A stretch of 64,000 nt of DNA from the NCBI GenBank assembly GCA_964036045.1, contig OZ038379.1, positions 7,998,001-8,062,000 on the forward strand, in the 5' to 3' direction. Positions within the stretch are counted from its first letter, which is position 1. Each line of letters starts with the position of its first letter. Positions 46,201-59,990 of the stretch are shown piece after piece. The translations under genes were made by a program, and so were the position numbers. Source of the stretch: Eutreptiella sp. 'Long Island Sound 2002'. Taxonomy: Eukaryota > Protista > Euglenida. The notes beneath the pieces were generated by a model. It worked only from the letters and a program-made list of their open reading frames with translations. It did not search any database and was not told the DNA's origin.

Positions 46201-49200
46201 ATGTCGGCGTCGCACCTGGGCGTCCCTCCGGCACCGGGGAAAGTTTTCTTTGGTCGTAAATGATCAAGAAAAAAGAATCACTGATGACTTTTCCGGACCT
46301 CTTCTCCGTGCTGATCCAACATCACCTTTTGGGATTGGGAGGGAGAAAGGGGGGGGGAGTTGGCACAAGGCCTGGTATCTGATTGTTTGCCTTTGGCGGC
46401 GCCTATTGGCCTCTCGCCACTGCTCATTCTGACCCTCTGTGGGCCCCAAGGTGTTTTGGTTGTGTCAACGGAGCTCCTGGATGACTTGTCCTGTTTGACT
46501 ACTCCAGGGTCGGCTGTCCTGGAGAAAGGGAGGAGGGGAGGGGGTGGACTCTGCTCCTCGCCCTTCTTCCATGCAACCCCTGAACCCTGAAGAAAGGGGC
46601 ACAGCAGCACCTGTGAGCAGAAGCACAGTTGTTGCATTCTCACTGACCAAACATACCCTTTCTCCAGAGGCCGAGACAAACAACGCAGGAAACTCAGTGC
46701 GTACACCAAAAGCTCCACCCGGAACACTTCCTCAGCCTTAACCCCCCCGCCCCCACACACACACTGTATTCCATCAGAGCGTACATGCCCCTGCACTTCA
46801 ATCCCCTTTCAAGTGACCGAATCCCCCTGTCAACGCGGAGGGGGGCGGCGGAGGGGGGACCCCAAGTGTGAGCACGCGCAGGAGCTTGACGCATGTGCGG
46901 TCCCAAAGCCTGCGAGGCTGCGGGGGCATCGCACAGAGCAGGCGACGACCTCTGTGCCATTGGCAGTGCTCTGCGGCTGCAGCGCGATGGCGCTGACCCA
47001 TGGGCCGTGCCAGACCACCGCGTCATCTTCGTACAGAAGGCGGTACATGGCCGCCGCCAGACGGCGGCCCACCGGCACCTTGTTGGCGGGATGGATGCTG
47101 CCCTGCACGTCCCCCAGATCGTGTGCGCTGGCCACTGCAAAGACACAGGAACGGGCGGGGCCGGCACGGCCGGGAAGCCCCCCTAGTCCAAGAGGTTCAC
47201 TCCTTACTCAGTGGGCCAGAAGTGCCCCTAGAAGTGATTTTTTGGTTGGTTCATCCCCCAACCCTTACCCTGGATTGAACACGCCCTCTGGAGGGGGTGC
47301 AACTAGTGGTTCGCCCGCCAATGGGCCACTGGAGATCAATGTCCAAGCGAACAGCTTTCCTCTTCGTTGACCCTCCCAGCAAAGACTGGGGGCTAGGTTT
47401 CTCTCTGCGTGTCTCAGAGCGGCCCCCTATGTTCGGCCCCCATCTGTGGCGCACCAGTTTGCGGGCCAGCAAAGGCTGGCCAATACATCGCTATTGTAGG
47501 GCAGCCCATGTACCAGATTCTGGGAGAGCTTGGAATATGCATGGGCGATCATTTGGCGAGAGGATGTGTAAATACCATCAAACCATGGGGCCAACCTGGC
47601 AACCAATAGCGGGGAGCAGAGCCGACCTCGAGCGCCTGCGAGGGTTGTGATTCAAAGCATACCTGGACCCCCTTCCCTCGGATGTCAGGGCTTTGATGAC
47701 AGGGGCCCCTGCAGGACGGGCGGCCAGCGGTCTTACCGGTGTAGTTCCGACCTACGCACGAACTACGTTTTCAGGGGCTGCGCACAGATTCGCAGGAAGT
47801 GCACCAACACACATGGCAGACTGTGACCTGAAACACCGTCATTGGGCCACGAACCCTGAGGCAAAAAAGGCAAAGAATTGTCTTTCGACGCTTTTGGCGC
47901 CAACCCAAACCCCGCCCACATGACCCACCCCAGGGCTGCCCTTAAGGGCAGGAAAAAGAACCTTCGTAAGCCAACAGAAACCAACATTCACGGGGACGCT
48001 CTCTGCTTCATGGGGACCTTCTCTCCTTTAAAGGTTGGCGGTTGGTGGTGGTTGACGGTTGGCGGTTGGTGGTTGATGGCGCTTGGCAGCGGTCGGTGGT
48101 TGGTGGGGGTTGACGGTTGACGGTTGGTGGTCCTCTCCTACTTCTTTAACTCCCTCCGACCAAATTCTTTCCCGCCCTTCATACAATACCTGCTGGACTA
48201 CCTGGTTTACTGCCCCATTTTTTTTGCAGGCTCTCTCAACAATGTGGCGCGCCACGGCAGTATTGCCGGGACCGGGCTCTCTCAGAGAGCTGGACTACGG
48301 GCCCTCTCTTGTTGGCACCTCAAACACAGAACCAGCCCGACTCCTTGTGTACTGCGGCATGTCCTCTCGGCTGCTAAGCAAGGCCCTGCGCCGGGCCAGA
48401 CCACCCTTTTTCTCCATCCCGGCTCCCCAGGGTGGTTTCCAGTAATTGTGCCAGGGCAACTCCAGCCAATGCTGTGCTCGCTGCCGCCCCCCCCCCCCCC
48501 CACACACAGGGGGTCCTCCTGTGGGCATGAGCCGTTTCAATACAGCCCTGGCCTTCCGGCTGGTAACTGTTCGGGGGGGGGGGGGGGGTGCAAGGTGTGG
48601 TGCGGGCATGCGACCGGTGTGTATCAGTGTGAGCGCGGGAGACGCACTTTTCCTGTCGGGGATGCGCACACTTTGGATGTCCGGACATAAACTTGATGCA
48701 CCAAATGCAAGTGGACGGGAGGCGTCTTGGAGTAGCACGGCCGTGAGATGTGGCTTCCAAGACAACCGCTTCAGGACTAGCAACGGCAGAAAGAGGGCGT
48801 GAGGCCCACGCAATACGTACCCTTGGAAGCCGGGGTGCACATGGGAGACGCACTCTTGAGCTTGCAATACAGTGTGGGACAGGAATGGGGTGCTTTGGGG
48901 TACAAACTGACTGCAGGACTGGGGGTTGGGCGGGGGTAGGGGCTGTTACGTCACCCCCCCTGAGGCGTTGCAGCCATCAGACCTGCCGCCGGGTACGAGA
49001 TGTTGTGGAGCGCCAGCAACTGGGCCGCCCGGAGGAACGGCCACACGCCAAAGGCCTTGTCACGGCGCCACGTGGCAACCAGCGTGTACACGAACGGCAG
49101 GCGGGGGCCCCAGAGAGACCGGAGCTGGTGCACGAGGGCCCTGCGAGAAGGATATCCGGACGGGGACCATGGGGTGCAAGCCCCCCCCACGGGGGTGCAA

Positions 49201-52200
49201 GGGGGGAGGGGACCTCGGAGTCATGAATTCTTGGAGGTGTTGGGTTCAGGTTCCGTCGGTCTCTCCAGGTGGTTTTGTGGTGCAACGAAGCATGTGAGCC
49301 ATAGCTGAGAAATGGGTCTTTGAGGGGTCGGCTCTGCCAAACGTCTGCGGAGTGATTGGGCCCCTTGGATGGCCTTGAACTAAAAGGAGACTTATAAAAA
49401 AAAGAAACCAAAACGTGAATCATGGAAGCACCAAAAGCCAGCCAACCCACTGTTGGCCCACTCCCACTCCCAGAGTGGGGGGTCCCATCAGAAGGAGGCC
49501 CCCAGCATGTTGAAGAAGGCATGCACCCCATCCCCCCTCCTGTGATAGGGTGTGCACTGCACCAAGAGAAGGCCTGGTCGGGTGTCATGAAGGGGTCTTG
49601 GTGGGAACTGGTACGTGTGACCGTGAGCAGAGACTGTCTTTGCTGACCCCATCTGTGGGAAACCGGGTGCGAAAAGCCCCATGAGGCTGCAGTCTTTGGC
49701 TTAACCCCCCCTCCGCGAAAAAAACCAGATCCGAGGCCTGTCACTGACCCCCCCTCCCAGGGACTTGCTTGAGCGGGTGGGGGGGGGGAGGGGGGGAGGG
49801 GGTCCAGGGGGGAGCCCCCCCCCCCCGTCGGAACGTACCTAGTCCACAGGGAACAGAAAATTTATTGTGCAACGAACCACTCAGCACATGGAAATGTCAT
49901 CTTGTTGGTAGCAAACAAAGCAAATTCATCATTGCAGGTCAATTCAGCGTTCCCTCATCTAATCAAGACACAACAAATACAACAAAGCGGGACATTCACC
50001 ACCGCATGCCAACTCACATTGATCATGGTCAATCAGAATTAGACTCCCCTGAACTGGAGCCTCCATCTGTAGTGGAAGTGGAGCTGGAACCTGATGATGA
50101 TGAGGAATCTGAGTCGCTGCCTGAATGGGAGACATCAGACAAGTGTTGCCATTGGCACACTCAAAAACAGTGTGGCACATGCCTTTTGTGCCTCATTGTA
50201 TGCTTCTTGTCTCTTCCAGCCAGTGATCCTATCTTTAAACCTAAAATAAAGCAGCGGGTCGATTACGTCTTTGCGTTTTGCGCGTGGCGACGGTTGGACA
50301 GGGGAGCAGAAATACACTGACAACGAGCGTTGGGTCACGGTAATCTGCAAGACAAGGAACGCAGAGTACACATAAAATGATAAGTAAACAGCGTGTGGCG
50401 TGCGCCAAAAGCGCCGAGAAATTTTTTCCCCGTCACCAAAAAAAGTTCCCAAACCCCAGGTGTTCAGCTGCACTTGAGCTGAGGGGGGAGGGGGGGAGGG
50501 GGTCCAGGGGAGGGGGGGAGGGGGTCCAGGGGGGAGGCCCCCCCCCCCCCCGTCGGAATGAAAATTAAAGCAAGTCCCTGCCCCCCCCCCCCCCCGTTCC
50601 AGAAAATATTTTCCAAAAAAACGGAGGGGGGGGTCGGCAAACCTCCATTTGGTATCCCATATGCGAGAGAAGCCAGCCACCCTCCCCCATGCCTGAGAGG
50701 GGGAGAGATGCCCTATCCGCCTGCCCCAACTCGCAGATGGGTGTGCCACAGCCCCAGTTCGGGAATCTGTGCCATGTATCTGACCCCCCCCTGCAATGTT
50801 GCAGTGGGTGGCTGGATCTGTGTTTAGCAGCTTTGTAACCATTGCCGTATCGGGGGGGCCCAGAGCAGGGAAGTGGGTCAAAAACTGGGTTTGGTGTTGT
50901 TGTTTCCTCGTTGAACTCTTCATCAAATTCTGTGCGCGTTGAGTACAAACATGTGGAGCGAAAAACCCGAAAAATCACCCCTTCAACTCGAAAACAAAAC
51001 TTCCCCGCACCATGGCGCCGTTGGTGCCATGACACCTGGACCACTGCCTCACAATACTTAGGGATGGCGTGGGGGGGCGGGGGGGGGGGGGGGTCGCATC
51101 GAAGGACCGGGCCGCCCCCCCCCCGCTTCTCAATGATAGTCACGCGACTGCTGCGCACTTTCCTGCCCCTGTCATTCCCTGTGCGCCATGGCTCATGCCA
51201 TGCCCCTTGTAGGGTCTGGGACTGCAGGTCGAGGGGCAAGGCATACCCCTGGCGACACGGGTACAATCTGCTCCGAAGGGCATCCGTCTCGCCCTGGTAG
51301 AACACGGCGCCGCCGATGGAAAACGTCTGCGCCATATCGCGCAACTGTGGCCAGGCCCTGCGGAGAGGGCACTAAGGGTCGCCCCCGCAAAGCACATCCC
51401 AAAGCCCAGCAGCAAACAGCCACATGCAGAACTGGAACGCACAAACACATGCACACACAATGAGGAGAGCCTATCAGACGCTACATGGCACAAGCGTAAC
51501 GAGGCAAGCTCGTGTGCGTACCCACAGGCCCTCGGTAGATGCACAGCCGGCCAGACCCGCCACAGCGTCCGCCAGCTTACACATGATCACAAAAGAGCAG
51601 GGGCCTATCGAGGGGGCTGTCTCTTACTGAGTTCTGGGTGTGCTCCCACGAGCGCGGCCGCCACACGCACAGCACAGAGCCCCACATGCACCGGACGCAT
51701 ACCAATGGGCCAAATGATGAGGCCCCACGTAATCTGTTCCAAAAAACTTCGCGAAGGCATCGGCGTAGGAGCGCACAAACTGGAAAAAAAAGACAAACCT
51801 GCAGAGAAAGGCACTAAGCCACGACTGGAAGCGCAAGTCCACGTGCCGAGGGGGTGCAAATGCAGAGCAAGCGGCCGGTGACGTTTGACCCCGGAGTGGT
51901 TCTTGCGGAACCCTCCACAACGCCGAAAAACCTCCCACAACCCTCCACAAACCACACAACCTGACCCTACCCTGCACAGCCCTGCACCTGCACGACCCTC
52001 CATAACTGTCATGCAACACACACCTGAGGCCCCAAAGAGCTGTACGTATGCGCCGATTCGGTGCTCGGGCATTGTGCCCATTCATTGGGTGCCAGAAAGA
52101 AGTTGATAGGCACACCGCCCATCGCCAAGGGGAGCAGCCCAATGGGCATGACCCTCTTGCGGTGCTTGCGGATGTAATCGTACAAGTGTTGCCTGTAAAG

Positions 52201-53594
52201 AAGGAGGGCACCCGGCGACTCGGACGCATGGAATGAGGCATAACCCCAGGGGGCCGCCTGGGCCGCTGCCATTGCGACCCACCCACTCGGGGCCGGGGGG
52301 GCATTGCATTGCAACCTATGTACCTGATCAATTTGAGGTTAATATGCTGGGGTCAAAAATACTGCGGGAAGGGGGATCCCCCAAGAAATTCTTCTTGTAG
52401 GCACCTCCGCCGCCAGCACCTCAGTACCAAACGGAGGGTTTTTGCATTGGTGGGTCTCCACTGTGGCGGCGTGGGCTTCAACCCCCCGACCGTCCATCAT
52501 ACCCTGGTGTCACTGTCGCATGAACACGCACACAACGTGAGAGGATCAAGTACACAGCGAGAGCGCAGCACTGATCATCAAAACAGCTCGTCAGGCCACA
52601 CACACACACACACACAGGGGGGTAGAAAAAAAAATTCCTGGTACCGGCGTACAGCCTTTTTTTCGGGGGGTACCCCCGGAGGGGGGGGGGGTACGAAAAA
52701 AAAATTCGCGCAAAATTTTTTTCCAGGCCCCCAAACCTGAAATTTCCTCAACTCTACCCCACCTCTTTGGGTTTGGAAGGTGCAAGGAGGATATTTTTCA
52801 AGGTGACCATTGATGTTTCAGCCGATATGGGTGGTATTTGTGCTTCAAGGCACAAAGACCCCCGGTCTGCTCTAGCTACAGTGCAGCGCCCACCGTCTTA
52901 TCGGTAGGCCCAAAAGTGGGCGGAAATGCTACATAACCCCTGCATTCTGGGGGGTCCCCAACAAAGGGGACAAGATCAAAGCACAAAAAAGCAACAAAAA
53001 GCAAAAATAAAAATTTTCCATTGTGTCCCACATCCTACCTGCAAACATTGAGATTGTCAGTCCCAAGAGATGAACCAAAGACCTTCCCATCACAGAAGCA
53101 CTGTTTACCCACTAGGGTACAGGCCATCTTTGACAGATGCGTGCACAGAGATGGTATTGATATTTGGTCCAATATGGTTTTCATCCATTATTGAGTTCTC
53201 CTGAAAAATCTGAGTATTTTGAGTATAGACACATGGGGTGAAAACCCAACTTTTCACCCTGTGCCAGATGAAGCAAATTCTCCTTATGGCGCACAATGTA
53301 GCAAAGTGAAGGTTACACGCAAATCCTCCTTGCGAAAGAAAATTCCTACAGGGGGTGCTAGTTTTATTTTCGGGGGGTACCCCGGGAGGAGGGGGGGGGG
53401 GGGCGAAAAAAAATTCGCGCGAATTTTCCACACACCCCCCTACACACACACACACGTGTGTGTGTGTGCATGTGAAGAGGACAGAGCAACAAAGCGGCTG
53501 TCCCAGTGAGGATTTGCTCGTCCACAACAACAACAACAAAAGTACCGTGCGGCGTGCCGTGATGAAATTCATTGCTGAGTGCAGCAACCCAACT

Positions 53595-53626
<32 letters not shown>

Positions 53627-54846
53627 GATTGCAAGACAAACGGGCACAACGCGGTTTCCGAGTGTGAGAATCCTCGTCAGTTGCATCGTCAAACAAGAGA
53701 AACCATGTTCGACGCCAATAAGCGCCTTTCCGCAGTACACACGGGGGGGGCGTAGCAACGGGCCATACGCCGACTCCCTCCCACTTTCCAGCCAATTTCA
53801 GGGCGGGGGCGGGGGGGGGGGGCTGGGTCTGGGAGGGGGGGGGGGGGTCTGGGGCCGGCTGAAGGGGAGGGGGGCACCCGGAACCCAACATATACGGCTT
53901 AAAATGACCCCCTCATCGCGGTAGACATTTTTGCAGTATGTATGTTGGCAAAAAAAAATTGCAACAGGGGGGGGGCATGGTAGGTGGTACTTGTGTTTAA
54001 GGGCATAGCACCCCCGAGTCAATTCCTGGCCACTGTTGCCAGTGGCGCCCCACCCAGGCCGAACCATGCATGTTGTGAAGAAGGAGTTGATGTATGTTTC
54101 GAAACCCTTTAGAGGAGAGGGGGGGAAGGGTTTGCAACGCGCGCAATACTTTTTTTTTTAAAAAAAGTTCTCTCCGCGCACTACGTGCCCACAACGTGCG
54201 TACGCACTATGCCCGCACGCCGGTTGTACATCGTGTGCACCAACGCGCCGCGTGCCCTTCATGGGGTTCTCCTCCTTGGGGCCTCAAAACATGGGTGATT
54301 GGAGTAGTGGAGTTGAGGAAGGTAATGGAAGGGGCGCTAAGAGCGCTTGTCCACCGGACGATCAAAGTAGTCCTCGTCGTCACTAGAGGAATCCGTTGCT
54401 TCCCGAGTTCTCTTCTTTTTGGCCTCGAGAAGTGCGTCCAGGCGCTTCTTGTCTCTTGCCCGCTTCCCGGTGGACTTCAACGGCCGTGTCCGACAATCCC
54501 CCTCCGTAGTGGCCTCCGATTCGGACGGTGCCATGGGTGGAGTATGAGATGATGTTGGTGGCATAGGGGGCGTTGTAGAGGAGGAAGAGGAGGAGGAGGA
54601 GGAGGAGGAGGAGGAGGAGGAGGAGGAGGTGGCAGTACAGGCACAAGGCACAGAGCAATGAAGGGGGCGTCCTGACCAACCGTGACCTCCACGAAGTCAA
54701 GGGTGGCCTCTGGCAGCATCGCCGGACCAGAGGCCACAGGAAACAGAAGGACTGAAAATCAGCTTGCAAGGCGTATAAGATGGGAAAGTCAGGCCCCTCT
54801 CTCCCTCCAGTCCTGTCTCGCTTCAGGCCGAGGTTTGTGGTTCCAG

Positions 54847-54893
<47 letters not shown>

Positions 54894-57800
54894 TACGCAC
54901 GCGCACACACACAGGCCAAAACCGGAAGCAGCGCACCCCCATCTCAGTTAGATACAGCGCATGTGGCAGGGTGTGAGGTGCCAGTGGAGGAGACTATGGG
55001 GAGAGGGGTGCCACCATGATACCCAGACATGTGCTGTGCTGCGCTGTGCTGTGCTGTGTTGTGCCCTTTTTCGTTGCCTCACCTGTTGTGGGGTTGGGTG
55101 CAGGCACACCACCCCACCAACAGGCGGCCATGAGGGCCCAGGCCATCAGTTTACCACCAATGCAGTGGGCAGCGGGAGCACGGGAGCGCAAACTGCCCCA
55201 CCCTTGGGGGCGCCCGTCCCATCTCACTGCAGCCATGCCCAGCTCACCATAGTGGCTGGCCGGGGGGGGGGAGGGGGGGTAAAACCTCCTGAATGTGGCC
55301 ACCCACCATGAGCTACTGGGGTGCAACCACTCAAAAGCACATAACTTCAAACAGGAGTGGGAGGGAGTGACGATACAAATTGGTGTGTAAAATGCGCACT
55401 GCAAAAACGCACTGTCAGAGCTGGCTGGCACAATGTCCTTTTCCCCCACCAACGCACCTGCCTACTCCCAAACCACGGGAGGACTGTGGCGTACAGGTGC
55501 TGCAAGGGAATGGCGCCAGTGGTCGGGGGGGGGGGGGGGTGATATCCCCCAGTCAGGGGGAGGGGGCTGCCCCTCTCCGTGATACACATCAACGGCCCAG
55601 TTCCAAGATTTGGCGTCCCCACCTGGGCCCCCTCTCCTCTGAACGCGCCCCTGCCCCCGCATTGTGTGGCCAGGCGAAGGGAAATCACAGCGAGACAGCG
55701 AAGGGCACAGACCCGTAGTGATAGCACGCCGCCGAATACTTCAGCAGGCCCTTGGCGGTGGGCGGATGCCAGCCCGTGTACCTGCGCCCCAGGCGCAGGT
55801 ACTCCTGCCCCGTATCGATGTGACTGCTCAGGAACTTCGCCTGCGAGGCCTTGGGGTTCTCCCACAAATCGTTGGCACCGGAACGCGCGCCGAGCAGCAC
55901 ATCGCGAGGGGCGGCCTCCGTGTTGCTGCGTGCCTCCCTTTCAAAAAGAGGTTGGTGGGGGCCGATGGTCAAAGGGCCCAGCTGTCAAAGCGCACAACGC
56001 CTGACCAGGAGGTAACAAGATCGGACCCCAGGTGGGGCACAAACAAGGGGGGGGGGGGTGTCTAGAAAAATTCGACTCTACAAATTCTGGCGCGACAAAA
56101 CCCGTGCCATTTCATAAAAATGAGCGAACAAGCCAAGCAGGGTTGGCAAAAATTGCTCATGAGAAACGGTGGACGGCTGCTGTAATTTCCCGGAGGACTT
56201 TCCTGGTGCATCGACCAGCACTCTTGTCTGCACCCCATTGAATGCCCCAGGAGCACTACAAATGAGGAAACACCACATCAGCACTTCTGCGACTTCCAAG
56301 GGAACCTAATCATCATGAACCAAATCCTCTGCCATAGTACAAGTGAGCGAAGGCACAGCGGTACGCCTACCCATGCAAATCCTTAAACACACCGAACAAA
56401 TTGCACACAAACATTCTGCACAGATTTTGTGACACAGAAATGCTACCCTGTGTACCCCCCCCCCCCAATGGGAACCAGCTCGGCAGCGTACATGTGCACC
56501 ATTGTTGCCGTTCGGGCTTCCTGCTGTTGTGTGTGCCACCGCCCATGGGGCTGTGGTTTGTTTACGTTGGCGTGTTCTGGTGGCTTTGTCGTTGTTCTGT
56601 TTATGATCGTCTGCTACACTTTCGTTGCCGTTGTTGTTGTCGTGCCACATTGTTTGTTGGTGTGTCATTTGCAGTGAGTCTGTGGCTCAGCCCTCCCCGG
56701 CGTGAGGGGTCCTCGGTGACCCCGCCAGTCCGGACGGACAAAATGGTTTGCGGGTGCCTGCGGATCGCCCGGGTGTCGCACCTGTGCCTCTACCATTCGA
56801 GTTGCTGCCCCCGTAGCACCTCGCGCAACGCCCAAGCCCACGGGGGGCACTTCAGTACAATTCTGCACCCCAACACCTGCGGCGTGAGAGGGGGGCAGGG
56901 CCGTCCGTAAAGGGGGGGAGGGGCATCCCTCCGTCACCCTGACGAAAGAGAACAGAATGTTACCCTCCAACCGCCGTCGGCTAACCTCCCAACGGGGGAT
57001 CGCCGTCCCTAATCCCTGTCCCTAAGGGGGGGAGGAATAGAAAATAGAAAATAGAAATAGAAAAATCCTTCCCAACGGCCCCAGGGGGGGGGGGGGGATG
57101 GGAGGGACTAAGAAAAATTGAATCGGATTTTTTTGGCACCTAAATTGCCTCTAAAATTTGTACCATTTTTGACTCAGACAAGGGAAAGGGGGGGGGGGGG
57201 CGTAAAAAACTATTGCCCACTGACCACAAATGAGGAACAGGAACTTTAATCCTAAATGGACGCCATAGGCGCCGGAGAAATCATCGGCCGGAAGGCCCAG
57301 AAAAAAAATTCCCCAATCACTTCAGGGGGAGAGGGGGGGGGGGGGGGGGGGCGGTGCTATTGGTGCTGAGTTGTTAAGTGAAGCTCTGTCCCCACGCCCA
57401 CGCCCATGGGGAGCCGCCTGCGCACCAGGGCCGACCACTACGTTGCGGCTCGTTGGGTGCTTTGGGGTTTCCCTCCATTTCACACTTTCCACTATGCTCC
57501 TTCCGCTGCTGCGGGGTTGCTGCCCGTTGCGCGAATAGGTGCACCGCACGCGCGCCTCGTCGAATGCTCCCCGAGTCGCATGAGCGGGTATTACTGGCAC
57601 ATCGTCCGGGGCTGCCGCATAACGAAACTCCGTGACCGCGCCGGACACTAGTGGCATGCCGGAAAATCAAGCACCACAACAGCAATAATCACCACAACAC
57701 GGACGCAGCGCGCGTGCACCAGCCGGGGCATACTTTTGCATATTCAGGGCCATGTTGGACTGCCCCACACACAGGAACAAATGCCCAAAGAGTACGTCTC

Positions 57801-57921
57801 GCAGGACGAGGAGCGTCTGCGAACGCTGCGTGACTTCGATGCGATACACGGCGGGGCCTGGGGCCCGGGGCCCCAAACAGGCCTTCCAGGCGCACTGCTC
57901 CTGAGGCTCCGCATGCACGAC
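43223..57921 (-). CDS. SASA-domain (sialate O-acetylesterase-like, SGNH) carbohydrate esterase; 5' end not found
   Basis: Exons (minus): 57921-57734, 55925-55713 (acceptor tentative), 52192-52024, 51371/51357-51247 (junction unresolved), 49140-48983, 47134-46950, 44869-44763, 44558-44417, 43366-43223 (TGA). Motifs in order: DVLFGHLFLCVGQSNM, YSAACYHYG, PIGLLPLAMGG, VFYQGETD, LRSLWGPRLPF, DLGDVQGSIHP, EPQCTLYNKWNFPLLPF. Confidence 0.88.
43881..44040 (+). repeat. Dispersed repeat family with (GGTTGGC/GGTGGT)n tail (second copy about 47990-48135)
   Basis: TTCACGGGGA.GCTCTCTGCTTCATGG...GGACCTTCTCT...AAAGGTTGGC... is shared; flanked by CCTTAAGG/CCTTCAGG motifs. Confidence 0.75.
54578..54910. repeat. 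(GAG)n and (CA)n microsatellites
   Basis: GAG run at about 54578-54628 and CA run at about 54847-54910. Confidence 0.9.
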
Positions 57922-59079
57922 CTGAGGAATGGAGACCGACCTTCCCCAATCCATTCCACTGCTCACACCGAAACATCCACAAAAACAATCCATCCATTCG
58001 ATTCCCAGGGCTGACACAAAATCAAATAGTAGTAAAATCAAATAATAGTTTGACCAGAAAACAAGAACGGCTGCGAAGCCTCTGGGTCCCTTGGGAAGTG
58101 ACTGCACCAACCCGTCCTGTTTTGGGTTGGATGGACAGTTAATTTAGATAGCCGCCCGTGAAGTTCCGTTGCATTGATAAGCAAAGGAACCCAGTGGACA
58201 AGCGGTACACACTGCGACTGTCCTTTGGTGAGCTTACTTCGTTGGAGTCAATGCCGCCTTGGGTGGGGACACCCAGCATGCCTCAAAAGAAACATGGACA
58301 CCGATGCAATCGGAACACCACCGATGCAATCAGAACACCACCGCCGCTCCTCCTGTGCTCCGAATTCCCATATGTGCCTGAGATGCGCTTGCTGCTACAA
58401 CCCGAGTCCCGTCGGGGTTTGCAGCTCTCATCTCAACTCTGAGCTCTCACCGGGGCACCAGCTCAAGAGATGCCCCAGAAGGGGCACAGGCAAGAGGCAA
58501 ACGCCGTGCACCGACAATGGTGCAAATTTGGCCTCTCGCGGGGGGTTAGGAAGGGTGGGGGCTCCACTAAGGCGGGCCGCGGAGAGGTTGTAGCTTTGTG
58601 AACCTGCTGTTGTTGATCGAGCTGGCGCCATAGGTCAGGCGGTTCCTGATGGGTCTGTGCTCGGGCTGAGGGCCAATGGACCCTGGAGCCGTGGATGGGG
58701 AGCCGTGGGTGGCGGGCTGCATCACCCATGGCACTGTCGCCTGTCACCCTTGTTGTGGCCGCGGCCCATGCCACCACGATCCGTACACCTCTGGTCCTTC
58801 CGCTGGTCTCTGACAAGAGCATGGCCCTAGATTGGCCCCAGCGCGCACCACACCTCTAAATATCCCGAAGCATTCTCCATCTGAATTTTGACCTTCAAGT
58901 GCTCGGACTGGCCCCAACCCCTCAGGCAGACCGGAGCCGAATGCTGCAATACCATGCGGGACCCAAAGAACGGATGCACAGCAAACGTCCCGCAGTCCTT
59001 AGGGGCGTGGAGCAGATCATTTAGAGCCCTTGTACCTGCGCAAAATCCCAGATGAGACTCAGAGAAGGAAAATCACATA

Positions 59080-59257
59080 TTGTGTTGTGTTGTGTTGTGG
59101 TGTGTCTTGCTGTGTTGTGTTGTGTTGTGTTGTGTTGTGTTGTGGTGTGTTGTGTTGTGTTGTGTTGTGTTGTGTTGTGTTGTGTTGTGTTGTGTTGTGT
59201 TGTGTTGTGTTGTGTTGTGTTGTGTTGTGTTGTGTTGTGTGGTGTGGTGTGGTGTTG
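59080..59257. repeat. (GTTGT)n microsatellite
   Basis: Read directly; it explains the CCVVL/HNTTQ ORFs. Confidence 0.97.
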
Positions 59258-59429
59258 TGATGAACTCCTCGATGACGTGGCCACGAACTCCGTCCCCAAT
59301 ATATGGGGTCTGGAGCAGTCCATGTGGGCTTGCTTCATGGAGGGGGTCTGCAATGCAGCCGCCCACTGCTCCAAAACTACCAACTCCCACAGCTAGGTGC
59401 GCTCAGGCGTACCCTGCCGCCCCACATAA

Positions 59430-59990
59430 CAGTCAAGCCATGCCGCGAGCCTCTCTCGGCCGCCACTCATGGGATTGGGCTGAGAAGACCGAGAGGTGGG
59501 GCGCCGTTTCCTGCTGTGTTCCACACATAAGGCACATTGTGTCGAGCACCGTGGCACGGTGGGATGACATGTGTGCCAGGATAGTCATCGTTGGGACGTT
59601 GTCCATGCGGTGCGCCGATATGTGCCGCTGCTGGTCCCTGTCGAACTAGTCTAGAGGGATACCTCCCCCCGGCGTGTAGTTGGCCCCCCAACGGGCCTCA
59701 TATCCGACCTGTGCCGGAATGGAGGCCTGCTCCTGCAACCAGTCATGCAGCGCCATGGGGGAGAGCTGGCACTGGTCCCGGTAGGCCACCAGGGGGAGGA
59801 AAGAGAAGGGGTGGCGCAGGAGCCAGGTCAGGTCCACCTCGTCGCTGCATCCACCTGGACATTGAGGTCCGTGATCCAGTGCGATGGTGTGGTAATCACG
59901 TTGATCGCTGAGGTGAGGACCACACGGCTGCCCCCCAAGACTGTAGCATACAGATGGTGGATGCCATGCCAACAGTGACCTCCGTCTTGG
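59430..59990 (-). pseudogene. Non-LTR retrotransposon ORF2 3' relic (zinc-finger end)
   Basis: ...ARWGANYTPGGGIPLD*FDRDQQRHISAHRMDNVPTMTILAH...DTMCLMCGTQQETAPHL: a CxxC...ExxxHL zf-RVT-like motif with a stop. Confidence 0.6.

Noticed and set aside
57374-57685. Extra SASA exon just downstream of the GQSNM exon
   Set aside because: A phase-compatible AG exists, but the peptide shows no family motif and there is no clear donor; a direct join to 55925 also keeps the frame.
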